A stretch of DNA of 58,614 bases from Nemertoderma westbladi. Its lineage: Eukaryota > Animalia > Xenacoelomorpha. The notes under the pieces were generated by a model, which had not been told where the DNA came from, did no database searches, and was given only the letters and a program-made list of their open reading frames with translations. Position numbers and translations under genes: made by a program. Numbering within the stretch: position 1 is the stretch's first letter; every line of letters starts with the position of its first letter. The stretch is from positions 1 to 58,614 of the forward strand of contig JAUCBJ010005177.1 of NCBI GenBank assembly GCA_032718475.1. Direction: 5' to 3'. This document shows positions 12,401 to 24,211 of this stretch, piece after piece.

Positions 12401-15400
12401 CGGTCATAGTCAACTCACTACACTCGTTTAGCAAAGTAATGTAGATGCGGTCATAGTCAACTCACTACACTCGTTTAGCAAAGTAATGTAGATGCGGTCA
12501 TAGTCAACTCACTACACTCGTTTAGCAAAGTAATGTAGATGCGGTCATAGTCAACTCACTACACTCGTTTAGCAAAGTAATGTAGATGCGGTCATAGTCA
12601 ACTCACTACACTCGTTTAGCAAAGTAATGTAGATGCGGTCATAGTCAACTCACAAAACTCGCCTTCATGTAGATGCGGTCATAGTCAACTCACAAAACTC
12701 GCCTTCATGTAGATGCGGTCATAGTCAACTCACATCACTCGCCTTCATGTAGATGCGGTCATAGTCAACTCACAACACTCGCCTTCAACACTGAACACCA
12801 ATTTGTAAAAGCAACTAATTTATTTTCCACTAAGAATAATAATATTATGGTATTCGCTCTAAAATGATTTATTCCCACAATATATAATTGTATTTCAACC
12901 AAATATAAATACTGTAATTATGTATTGAACAATTCTAGTTATGTATACATCCAAATTTAATCACATTTTACTTAAAATATTTCCAAATTTAATCACTTTC
13001 TACTTAATTGAATCAGTTTCAACTAACTATATTAAATTACTAACCGGACTTCAAATAATTGTATTTTAACAATAATATTTCCTCGTTAATTTGCTGATTC
13101 AATTATTATAATTATAAACTTATGATTTATTGTTGTTCCAGAGCTGACCGACGCTAGCAAACAGTTCCCTTTGTGCTCCAGTAGTGACGATTCCGCTATC
13201 TTTATCAACGGTAGTCTCGACGATATAACATCGATTTGCAGTTCCGTTAAATATGACGACAGTTCTGAGAGCGATGAAGGTAGGAGCTAACTGGGCTAAG
13301 CTAGAGTTAGCTAAGTAGGTGAAGGTTAGCTAAATAAGCTAAAGGTTATCCCCCACCCAGCATGTGGCATGGTTGACATTTTGTATTTAAAATTTTGTAG
13401 GCAGACCGTTCTAACTGATAATACTATTATTATGATTTTTTTTTGTTGACTTATTAAAATTTAAAATTAAAACAGCCCCAGGTTGAACGATAAAAGATAT
13501 ATAAACATATAAATATAATCACGTTCAGGGTGGTAAGGGTTAAGTTCAATAATAAGTCCTAACAGACATAATAACATAAATATATAAATAACATTCATAA
13601 ATAATATGCCTATATTTAGCTATAATAGCTGACTCCCTTCCGGTTGTGTTCATAGATAGTGACGCCAGTAGGAAATGGAATAATATATACAATAAATATA
13701 TTGGAAAATTTTCTTCTTAATATTTCTATTTTCCCTAACTAACAGGTACGTTACGCAGTGCTCCTACCCACACAGATTCTCGAATAGTAAACAGTAAGGA
13801 TTATCAGCTGAACGTATCCGATGTGTTGGGAACTACTGAGGAAGTCAGGAGAAGTAGTTGCAGTTCGGTATATCCTACTCCTAACAAAAGTTGTCTAAAA
13901 CAAGGATTTCTATTTCTACAGGTAAAACTGTAAATGTTTATTTATAAATAGTTACAGTATTTTTAAATATTGACAAAATCAAAATTACCGTTAAAAACTG
14001 TTAAATTGTTTTTAGCGGTATTTCAGAGATAGGGGGCGAGCCATGAAATTGGCAGAGCCTTAACGAATTGACCCTTTTAGGGGGGGTGGTGGGGGGTTGG
14101 TTGGTTGGGTTGGGTTGGGTTGGGTTGGGTTGGGTTGGGTTGGGTTGGGTTGGGTTGGGTTGGGTTGGGTTGGGTTGGGTTGGGTTGGGTTGGGTTGGGT
14201 TGGGTTGGGTTGGGTTGGGTTGGGTTGGGTTGGGTTGGGTTGGGTTGGGTTGGGTTGGGTTGGGTTGGGTTGGGTTGGGTTGGGTTGGGTTGGGTTGGGT
14301 TGGGTTGGGTTGGGTTGGGTTGGGTTGGGTTGGGTTGGGTTGGGTTGGGTTGGGTTGGGTTGGGTTGGGTTGGGTTGGGTTGGGTTGGGTTGGGTTGGGT
14401 TGGGTTGGGTTGGGTTGGGTTGGGTTGGGTTGGGTTGGGTTGGGTTGGGTTGGGTTGGGTTGGGTTGGGTTGGGTTGGGTTGGGTTGGGTTGGGTTGGGT
14501 TGGGTTGGGTTGGGTTGGGTTGGGTTGGGTTGGGTTGGGTTGGGTTGGGTTGGGTTGGGTTGGGTTGGGTTGGGTTGGGTTGGGTTGGGTTGGGTTGGGT
14601 TGGGTTGGGTTGGGTTGGGTTGGGTTGGGTTGGGTTGGGTTGGGTTGGGTTGGGTTGGGTTGGGTTGGGTTGGGTTGGGTTGGGTTGGGTTGGGTTGGGT
14701 TGGGTTGGGTTGGGTTGGGTTGGGTTGGGTTGGGTTGGGTTGGGTTGGGTTGGGTTAATTTTTCCAAATAATTGTCGTTGTCGTCACGATTTTGATATTC
14801 AAAGTTGAGATATTTGAGGGACTTTCAGACACCATTAGTTCAAGAGTATCTCTCTAGAGCGCTACATGTCTAAACATTAAAAATGTTCTCTCATTCCTTT
14901 GCTTTAAATCAGTTCAGCTGTAACTTGGCAGATTTGTACTAGACCATTATTGACCATACTGGCCAGAAGCTGTGCCAGTAAATGAAGGAGGCTAGTCCCT
15001 CTGCTGTTCTCCAGAGGGCAAAATGTCTGAAAGAGAATACCTTTTCCCATTTCGTTACCTGTTATGACGTTATTTATCGTTATTTGGTTTACTCCTAAAA
15101 ATATAACTATAACATGTTCTACAGTATTGACTTTAGTTTACTGTTTTGGTTTGAATCAATCGTACCACTGAAACCATCTCCTTTCCCTTAATTGATAATT
15201 TAACATAAAGGCGAGATAGGATTATAGTCAAGCCCCCCCCCCCCCCCCCCCCCCCGTCTCCATTTTATATTTGGTTAAAATTAGCAGTTTAATTGTTTGT
15301 TTTAGTAACAGTGGTTTATTTATTTATTAAATTAAATTATTTTTATTTTAAACAATTAGCCGGATGACTCATCTACGTGTAAAATCTCCCGCGATGAACT

Positions 15401-15905
15401 AAATTCCGCGGTTAACACGTTCCAACGATTGCGTGCGATACTCAGTCCGAAACACGTGACCCCGTTGCTACCCAAATCGGTTGCGTTTGCCTCGGAGCGA
15501 CAGGAGCGACCCTTCGTTTCCTCTGAGTCCTGCATCTCAACTGCGGCTGATTATCGATCTCTTCCTCACGAACGGAGACCACATTCCCCGACTCCGCGTC
15601 TCTCGTCCTCCCTTCGGCGACGGGTGTTGGAGGTTATCGAAGGTTCGACCGAACAATATGACGAACTAGAAGACAGCTCAATGAGAAAAACTCAATATAC
15701 CGGTAAACATCCGATTCAGAGAGCAACCTCCTGTGAATCCACTGGAAATAAACCCGAAATTCGGAGGCCTACGGGTCAGATGATTGAGTCAACCAAGGGC
15801 GGCTTCCCGAAAGTTATTATTTACAACGAAAATGGCGAGGAATTTCTAGGTGTAGAAAGTTTGAGCGACGATGAACTTCAATGTCTTAAAGATACAGTCA
15901 TATAA
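9474..15905 (+). CDS. RA-domain/coiled-coil protein, N-terminal RASSF (RASSF7-10)-like, 5'-incomplete; exons 9474-9613, 11340-11450, 11743-11911, 13142-13279, 13746-13921, 15360-15905
   Basis: Six open exons with AG/GT boundaries and matching phases (0,0,1,1,0). DRRLSADEWPLDVQKRWASSKDNYSFHL resembles the C-terminal half of the RASSF7/8 RA domain (ERxLxxxExPLxxxxxW...FxL). A coiled coil and Ser-rich tail follow, ending in -DTVI (class I PDZ-ligand-like). The gene model is well supported; the family call is tentative. Confidence 0.65.
9905..10091. repeat. 17-bp minisatellite (GTACGACCCAGGGTTTG) x11, intronic
   Basis: Eleven identical tandem copies with no spacers. Confidence 0.97.
11977..12787. 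repeat. Two-variant minisatellite (47-bp and 40-bp units, ~18 copies), intronic
   Basis: Shared core ATGTAGATGCGGTCATAGTCAACTCAC-nnn-ACTC, preceded by either GTTTAGCAAAGTA (47 bp) or GCCTTC (40 bp). Confidence 0.95.
14031..15040 (+). mobile_element. Dispersed non-autonomous element (family C, Helentron/DINE-like architecture) containing the (TTGGG)n array
   Basis: The flanks of the array align with 37761-38175 (GGGGCGAGCCA.GAA.TTGGC.GAGCCTTA.CGAATTGAC...GACTTTCAGACACCAT...CACATGTCTAAACATTAA...AACTTGGCAGAT). The superfamily call is inference. Confidence 0.7.
14105..14754. repeat. Perfect (TTGGG)130 telomere-like microsatellite, intronic
   Basis: 650 bp of uninterrupted pentamer. Confidence 0.98.
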
Positions 15906-16489
15906 AACATTCATAGATTTATGATATTCTATTGTGAGATTATATTCAACCTGTATTTTAATTAATATCAATATTAATACAGTAAAGTAGGCTTACTTGT
16001 TACTTCCAAGGTATAATAATAATAATTGCATCCCACCACGTTAATATAATGGTGTGCATGGAATTTCATACTGCATGTCTGTTTTTATTTGTTTTAGTTA
16101 TTGTAAATTTAGTTGAAGTTGTTTTGAGATATTTGGCAATATCCTTACTACCTCTTTGAACACTTATCCACTACTTTACTAAAGATACTTTGTTTCGAAG
16201 GCCCTTATTGTTTCTCAACTGTGCTAAACTGTGGTTATAATTCACAGATAGACCATATTCTGATTTTTAGGAATTATAGGAGCTCTGTAACTGTTGTACT
16301 AGATTGCTCTGCATTTTGCCTCTTGGCCACTTCGCTAGTAATTGTCGTATTGTTTGGTTAAGGTAAAACTTAGTCTACGCTCTAGCAGAACTAAGAAACC
16401 TTCATTTCCATGGCATGATTGGTCCTCTCTGTTGCAACAACTACTACTACTATCGATCGGCATGCTGCATAGCAGCTGCATTATATATA

Positions 16490-19400
16490 TTACATAAGAA
16501 TGCTGTGCTGGATTGACGACAAAATTGCGCCACCACAACTCCCTATCACCCACGACATTTGCTAGATCATCCGCATCTTCAAAGCCAGTGTCCTTTAAGA
16601 AGGGTCTCAAGAAAGTCATGAGCTCCATGAGGCTGCCAAAGCACAAGAATATGCACTGGCTGGTCCTCATGGAGAAAGCAATGTCCTGCAAAGCGGAGGC
16701 GGAGAGACTAATGAAACACCTCCAATGTTGTATATAGCCGGATTGGAGATGTGTTTTGTTCATTGCACTAGACACAATGAACCCGACGCAGCATTCTTGT
16801 GTCTTCCAGAGATTTGGTATGCTCTGCAGCTAGAGCCCAGCATGGACTCCCATATCAGAGTACCCGAACTACTACTGCCATAAATAATCGAACCTTGAGG
16901 TTCCGTTTTATTCTCGGAGACTTCCAAATCCTGGAAAGACGATTCAATGCTGCCCATGCCTTCCCCTTAAATATCCGAAGGTCCTCACCTGACTTCAGGA
17001 TCCATGATCCCAGGTAACAGAAGTCATCCACATGCTCAAGCATACGATCCTTCGAGCTATGCTCATCCGATCAGAGACTTGCTGAGGACATTCAAAGTTA
17101 ACTGTAAAAATTGTGGTCTTTTTGGAGTTAATAAAAAGACCAACACTAGAAGCAGCATGTTCTAATGAGCTGAGGAGCCGTTGGGCTCCCTCTAATGCTT
17201 CTGAGAGTACTCCTACGTCATCAGCAAAGTCTAGATCAGTTAGGTACTTGGCAGGATTTCCTCGACTTCTGGAGCCAGTAGGTGGAGTTATCATCACCTC
17301 ATCATCTTTATGATGATCTATGGACATCCGTAGAACATAATCAACTACAATTATGGATAAGAATGGTGCAAGTGTGTCACCCTGAAGGACTCACCATAAG
17401 ACTTAGAATGGATCTGTGTCACCATCAGCAGTGCGACATAAATGCGGTGGAATCATCATACAGTGATCTGATAGCTGCAATAATTTCCTCAGGAATCCCA
17501 AATACTGCCAGTATGCTGAACATACGTGGTCGGAAGACTGAGTCGAAGGCTTAAAGAAGTCAACAAAGATAATAGCCAGTTGTCTTTCTTTCTTTATTGA
17601 TAACTCTTCGATTACCCTTCTAAATGCCATAACAGGTTCCATGGTCCCACGACCTTTACGGAACCCATTTTGGGTCCCAAGTAACAGTCTTTCAACGGGA
17701 TCCCTGATGCAATTTAATAGAACTATGTTGTATAGGTTTGCAGCATTCGAGATTAACGTGATTCCACGAAAAGATCCATAGGTTGCCTTTCTTCGGGGTA
17801 GAGACCAACATATTTGTTTTCATTTCTTGAGGGACTCTCTTTGTCCTATACATGTCCACAATAATGGGGTGAATGAGCACCAAGCACTCAGGTATTTGAA
17901 AGACCTCAAGGCGGCTCTCCATCTACTCCACTGGCACGATTGGTCTTGATGTTCCTTAACTGCAGTCTTGATTTCAGCAAAGGAGATGTCACCAATGGGG
18001 ATATCTGTGAGCGCAGACTCAGATACACGATGTACCTCAAAGTTTTCAGGCAACACCCTGTCTTTGTTTAGAAGCTTCTCAAAGTTGGCCTTCCATCCTT
18101 TGATGAGTTCTGCTGGAGATTCAGCCTTAACCTTAGTGGTTGCGTGGTTTTTCCTCCCAGTGAGCATGTTTATTGATTGCCATGGCTGGGTTGATTGCCT
18201 GCCATTATCAGCATTGTCAATGACAAATGGCAACAACATGCTTATTGATAAGCTCCTTCAGATTATCAGAGAGCTGCCTGTTAAGATGCAGCCTTAACTG
18301 CATCCCTGGCTTTCCCCGTGTGCCCGAGACGGAGGGACTCATTCTGTGCCTTAATTTCAGCACTTTCGAATTCTGTATTTAGTCCAGTGGGTCTTTTTCC
18401 TGTTTCGATGGTATACAGGAACTGTTTCTGCAGCTGCTAACTTATAACTGCTTCTGTGAAGGAAGTATAGCCCTCGCACTGATCTGTTGCCTCAGAGGCG
18501 AGAATCTCATACTTGGTCAGGTGTAGTGTGAAGATGGATCTCACACTGGGCTGTTGTAACAGAGAGGACCAGACAGGCAAGGAAGATTTCGTTGTTCTGC
18601 TAGCACGAAGACTAAGTCTTACCTTGGCCTCATTAAGGCGGTGATCACTGGAGAAGGGTCGATGTGTAAATGCACTAAAGTCTTGCATTTCCTATGAAAC
18701 ATAATATGGTCGGTCTATCTGAGACTTGTGGCCACTGAGTCAAGTATGATTCCACAGCTTTACAGTTTCCTTCTTGAACTGGGTTCCAGTCGAGAAGTCT
18801 ATTTCCAGATATGAAATTCTGAAGATGGGCGGAATTTCGAATAACACTATTGCATAGACCCAGGGCGATATAGATGAGTGATATAGAGTTACATTAATGC
18901 CACCCAGGAGAGTTAAGAATGCTTGCTGATCCACTCCATCAGTATCTGCTTGTATATTGTGCAGAGGCGAATTCTTGTAAAAATAAGACAAATCGGTGAA
19001 AATTCAGGGATTGTGATACAGTCAGTATACAGGACATGTGTCATAAGCGAGAAATGTAACCTTTTTCTCTGCTCGCATCGCTCACCATTCAATATACAGT
19101 ATTATAATTTCACTATATCAAACTTCTGTATAATAGATTTGATATAGTTATATACTTTTAGATACTGTTTTTTAGATGTTTTTCTTAAATATTATATTCT
19201 GTTATATAATATTTAAAAAAAAACCGCCATAAATGAAAAGTTAAAATTATTGAAGGGGTGGGGGGGGGGGGGGGACGCTATCTCAGCTTCATTCCGCTGG
19301 GCGCCAGAAGGGCTCGCTACGCCTCTGATATTGTGGTAGATATTTTCTACTCTACTAGTTAGTAGTCTACTATCAGAAACACCTTAGGAAACTTCTTAGC

Positions 19401-19950
19401 CAGTCTTCCAAAATATGAGAAGTGGCAACGGATGATGCGGCTGGTGAATTGGTCTTATTTGTTTAATGCTGCATGTACAGTTGGATTCATCAATACAGTA
19501 GACCAATTCCACATGATCACTAGCATCTGCAGATGGGAGGGCAAGTCGCCAAATTCCCCCCATATCTTTCATCAGAACTTCATCAATCTGTCCATTCCGC
19601 ATTCGGTGCTCTTGAATACCCACTGCGTTAAGAGAAAGCTTATCTGCCAAGGCAGTCAGCTCACCTTGTCGCATCGGGGACCCGCGTGTTAGGGTGACTG
19701 ATGCTAGTCTAGTGACTTGCCTCAAGTTCACCAATGGCTTGGTTGGTCGGGGTGGAACGTGAGAGTAGCCTCCAACTCCAGATCCCTCTCTACCTTTTTT
19801 GTTTTGGCTAGAAAGGTCATCAGGAAAGGGACTCACAGAATTGTTGTCTGCTCTCTCCAGTAGGGTGTAAGATAGTTGTAGATCCAAATTCACAGCTCCT
19901 GTCTATCAGGCAGTAGATCACTGCGAGGGCTACCTTTTACTGCCTACACA
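16490..19950 (-). mobile_element. Decayed RTE-clade LINE (APE endonuclease + reverse transcriptase pseudogene)
   Basis: Minus-strand fragments: VGIQEHR and SDHRL (APE), QNGFRKGRGTM, IIFVDF, VLQGDTLAPFLSIIVVDYVLR, LTDLDFADDV, GLFINSKKT, VDDFCYLGSWI, AWAALNRLSRIWKS. Many stops and frameshifts. Ends are approximate. Confidence 0.9.
18962..19327. mobile_element. 366-bp hAT-type non-autonomous element inserted in the RTE LINE
   Basis: Termini CAGAGGCG ... CGCCTCTG, with a perfect 8-bp TSD ATATTGTG at 18954-18961 and 19328-19335. Confidence 0.85.
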
Positions 19951-20699
19951 GAAGCAATACTGATAGTAACAATGTGTTAGCAAGCTGTATAATAACAGAA
20001 GCAATACAGAATATAATTAAACTAGGTAGTTTCAATACGATATACATGCATGACGTTTTTTTTGTTTTTTTTTTCGTTTGTTTTTTATTTCAGTTTGAAT
20101 ACATTTAATAATTATTAAATATAATCACATGATACGACACGGAGTAAAATACAGCATTATAAAACAACAACACTGTACATACTGTAGGCCACATAGAAAA
20201 CTGAAAATTAAGAAAACTAAATAAGAGGAGAAAAAAGCTGTGCTAAAAATAGCGGATTGCAGAGGGGGATGGTTAAAATTACAACACTTCAAAAAGTCGA
20301 CTTGCGTGAAATTAAGATATAATGAGTTTAAAAGAAGCTGAAGATGGGAGGAGATCGTTCCATAATCGAACTCGAACTCCATGGGATGATAATGACTGAG
20401 GAATGGGACTGATATCTAACCGACACACTTCCTACAGTTTACATTAGGTACGTAAAGATTCCAAAAATTAATCCATCTCCCTCCAGGGGAAATTCGAAGC
20501 AAATAACAGCTGATTACTCTCAAAAATAAAACTGCACGTAAGCGGATTCAATTCCCTGCACTACCCAGCAGAAAATGGGGGAAGTGGCGTTTTACCAATT
20601 ACAGTTGGGAAGGTGACATTACTTATATAATGTCACCTAATAATCAACTTAGGCGATACACATTGCCAGCCACGAACAGAGTTGAGAGGTCATCTCAGG

Positions 20700-21948
20700 T
20701 GTAAAAGCTTCTGTGGGATATAACTGGCCCCTTTGCTTCGCAATCCAGTTTCCCCCCCAGGCGCTGGAATACTCTAAAAGGTTCTCTAACTGTATATATA
20801 TTCCCCTCGCCCGCAAGGTACCGTTATAGGTGTTTTAACGGACATAAAAGTCATTCTGCTATATACGTGTTTTGGCGGACATGGTAAGGCAAAAAACCTA
20901 CAATGCACCAAATACCTTTCACAGCTTAGCCGTGATGATTCATATTACGACATCTAACAGCTGGTTGCTGACATGGAAACAGCCATTGGACGCATGGTTC
21001 TTTGTTTGGCTTGAGCCAATCAGAGCGATTTTTCCTGTCGACGTGTAGCTTTTCGGCCGATCATAAGGAGAGTGTTCAGTCTTACAGTTTTTTACTGATA
21101 CTTTGTTGTTATTGCTGTCTAAGCCAGAAACAACGGCTCTAGAAAGAAACATTAGTAGGCTTAAGATTATAGAGCGTATGACTGTTATCGGTTCATAACA
21201 ACTCACATATCGGTCCATATCAGTGCATATCATATCTTAACCTACCGTCTTAATGTTTTACTGTTGTCATATCTTATATCAGTGGATTGAATATTATTTG
21301 GAGAACATTTATAAAGAACCCAAATTTCCCAATTTTCTTGATACACTACAGGTTAGAGAGGCGGGTTATATATATAGCGATTGCGACTTATATTATTGTG
21401 GTGTGTATTGAATTTAATGCTATTTGATAAGCCCTACATGAGTCCGTTGCTATTCTCTTTATATATGATCAAATATATTGACGGTCGGCAAATTAGTGAG
21501 CAGTATTGTGCGTTACCGGTAGTGTGCATGATTGTGGCTGATAACTAAGCATTTCCTAAAGAATGCGCCTCATACGTGAATCATAAGCCTTACCGACTTA
21601 CCGTTGTGATTAGTATAAGTCATATCTCTGTTTACTTAGATAGAGCGCCACGTCCTAAAAGGAACTGTTAATATTTCCCGAAAGTGAATAATATTAGTCA
21701 GAAATTAATTATTAATGATCAATCGAATAATACAATACCGTAAGCTTCACTGCAATAATAATCTAAGCCGACAGAATCCAGTCTCCCGGGATTATCCAGC
21801 GGGTGAATGGACGCGCACTAGGCTGGCTTCTGCTAATGTTGTGTTTATTGGTATTAAATATTTGTCATCTTCTAAAGTATATTTGTAAACCAAAAGACAT
21901 ATAAATTTTGGCAGGTTAAACTGCTAAAGGTCTTCAAAAGCGCGTACA
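20700..21948 (+). repeat. 5' LTR (1249 bp)
   Basis: Direct repeat of 31390-32639, starting TGTA and ending TACA. CCAAT box ~21015, TA-rich box ~21366, ATTAAA ~21853. By eye it differs from the 3' LTR at 3 substitutions (21033, 21113, 21595) and 1 poly-C indel. Confidence 0.97.
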
Positions 21949-21959
21949 ATAACAGTCAT
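21949..21959 (+). promoter_or_regulatory. Non-tRNA primer-binding site ATAACAGTCAT (candidate self-priming PBS)
   Basis: Abuts the 5' LTR, lacks the TGG complementary to tRNA CCA, and is the exact reverse complement of LTR 21178-21188 (ATGACTGTTAT). Confidence 0.6.
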
Positions 21960-24211
21960 TGACTTTATTGCAGTAAGCAATAAAGTTGAAAGTACCGGTC
22001 AACCGGTAAACCTGAACCGGTACTTCTGTAGGTCAGTAGGCCCAACTGCCAGAACCGGTACTGCTGTAGGTCCGTAGGTCCAACTGTCAGAACCGGTACT
22101 TCTGTAGGTCTGTAGGCCCAACTGTCCTAACCGGTACTTCCAGTATAAGTACATTAGTATTATTTCGATTGTGATCTATAGTATATTGTAGGCTACCAGA
22201 GGAATAGGGATTGATCACCCCTCATTCTTTTGTATAGTTTACTTATTTCTGTCAGTTTTATTTCCTAGTAAGTTAATATTGAGCTGAAGACGTGTAAGTC
22301 TGCTCAGATTGTTCAGATAATTGTAGGCCAGACTGTTGTCGGATTGTTGTTGAGTTTGGAGAGATTACGGCGTGTGTAGAGTTTGTCTGATAGAGTGCCA
22401 TTAGTAAGTTGGGGCAGCCATATGCTGCAAGGTCAATCCCCTCTTAAAGAATAAGTCGTACTACCGTGTTAGAACGCATACTAACTAACTATTTCAGAAT
22501 CTGCATATACTGTAGTTTATTTAGGCTTGATCATAGTCTGCCAGCGTTTTAGCCTGTGTTTATTTGTGTGGTCTGTTCAGGTACCGTAATAGTTATTACT
22601 CAGATATTTTGTAGGCTGGATTGTTGTCTAGCTATTATTAGGTCTGAAGAGATTGCTGTGTGTGTGGAGTTTGTCTGATAAAGTGCGGTTAGTAAGTTGG
22701 GGCAGCCATATGCTGTAAGGTCAATCCCCTCTTAAAGAATAAGTCGTACTACCGTGTTAGAACGCATACTAACTAACCATTTCAGAATCTACACGTACGG
22801 TAGTTTATTTAGGCTTGGTGGTAGTCTGCCAGCATTTGGTTTGTATTTTGTTTGAGTATTCTGTACGGGTAGTGTAATATTTATTATTCAGAGTTTATGC
22901 GATTATTCGCAACATTCATGTCCCCAAGTTTATTCCTACAGTAATTGTGTTTGTTACACATACCGTTATAGTTAAATTAACCCCGGTACTACACGGGCTG
23001 CTTGGCGTAGGTAAAGACTGGTGACTTTGTGCTTCGGTCACTCCAGCAGATGCCGTGGTTCTTTTAACTGTTCAAGTATATTTAACTGCTGATTATTTGT
23101 TATACCAGTACTTGTACCTAATTTAGGGTTTAGTGTACAGTGCTTTCCGAAGTAATTAGTGTGTAGGCAGTATATTTGTGTTGTAAAGTGGTTAATAGGC
23201 ACGCTGGATCTGGTAGTCCGCGGTAATTAACTTCTGGGTAGGAACACTCCGTGATACATAACGTAGTACCTATAGCGATACGGTTATAGGTCGTCAGGCG
23301 GTGGTATTTTCCTATCTGGACAGTGCAATATATTTACTACTACTTATTATTTCAAATACCGTAGTACCCTGTCAGTTGTAATAACCAGAAATCTAACCCT
23401 TTGTTAGACTGGTTTGTAGACTTCCTGTAAAATTACCCTAAAAATTCGTACGTAATATTTTTGTTGTGTTTAATTTGAGAATTAATCTCACCCGTATCGT
23501 AAGTAATTTGTAGTATTAAGTAACTTAGGTAAATTAGAATTATCTGTTTTAGTGTCCCATAGGTAGCACTTCACTGAGAGCGCACAGCTTCTGTGTAGTG
23601 ACTCCCCCAGAAATAATAACATTTATTTCAAATATTGACAAAACCCTTTTAAACGGGTATATAAATATTATAAATCAACTCAAATGATTTATAAATAGTA
23701 GGCCTGCCATACAACAACTAGGTCTCAATATCAGTTGGACTGCTGCTTAAATAACGGTAATAAAGTAAGTTAAAGTAACCAAGTAACCCTAAAATATTCA
23801 GAAATTCAATTATTCTAAAATAATTGACATACCGGTATTTACCATAGGCTTATTATATTTATTTCTATAAATTTGAGCTGAAATCATACCGGTATTCTGT
23901 AATTAATTCTAGTAATAATTATACTTATATATACTATAAGTGTCAGCTGTATACCGGTATTCACGATAGGCCTATTATATATTTTTAAATATTTGTGCTA
24001 AAATTATATACCGGTACTCTGTGACAAATCTAGTCTGTAATAATACTTATATATATATTATAAGCATACCGGTATTCTAATATAATATATATATATCACG
24101 CTACACTGAGTAGCAGTATCGGTAATTAATTATTAGGCTAACAGTGATACTGAATTACTAGACTTGCTTTAACTGTAATATAGCAGTAGGCATTCGACTG
24201 TACAATCAAAC

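Noticed and set aside
11977-12787. CRISPR-like array (constant core with variable inserts)
   Set aside because: Only two short recurring variants, no unique spacers, no cas genes.
14105-14754. True chromosome end
   Set aside because: Both flanks continue the same dispersed element and the same gene, so the array is interstitial.
14060-14808. Long ORFs (PNPTQ)n / (GWVGL)n
   Set aside because: Translations of the (TTGGG)n microsatellite inside an intron.
20940-21233. 97-aa antisense ORF present twice (also 31631-31924)
   Set aside because: Duplicated only because it lies in the LTRs; no recognisable motif.
22380-22500. Hammerhead/twister ribozyme in the leader repeat
   Set aside because: CTGATAGA/CTGATAAA is not CUGANGA, there is no positioned GAAA, and twister pseudoknot residues are absent. 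Kept only as a generic structured element.
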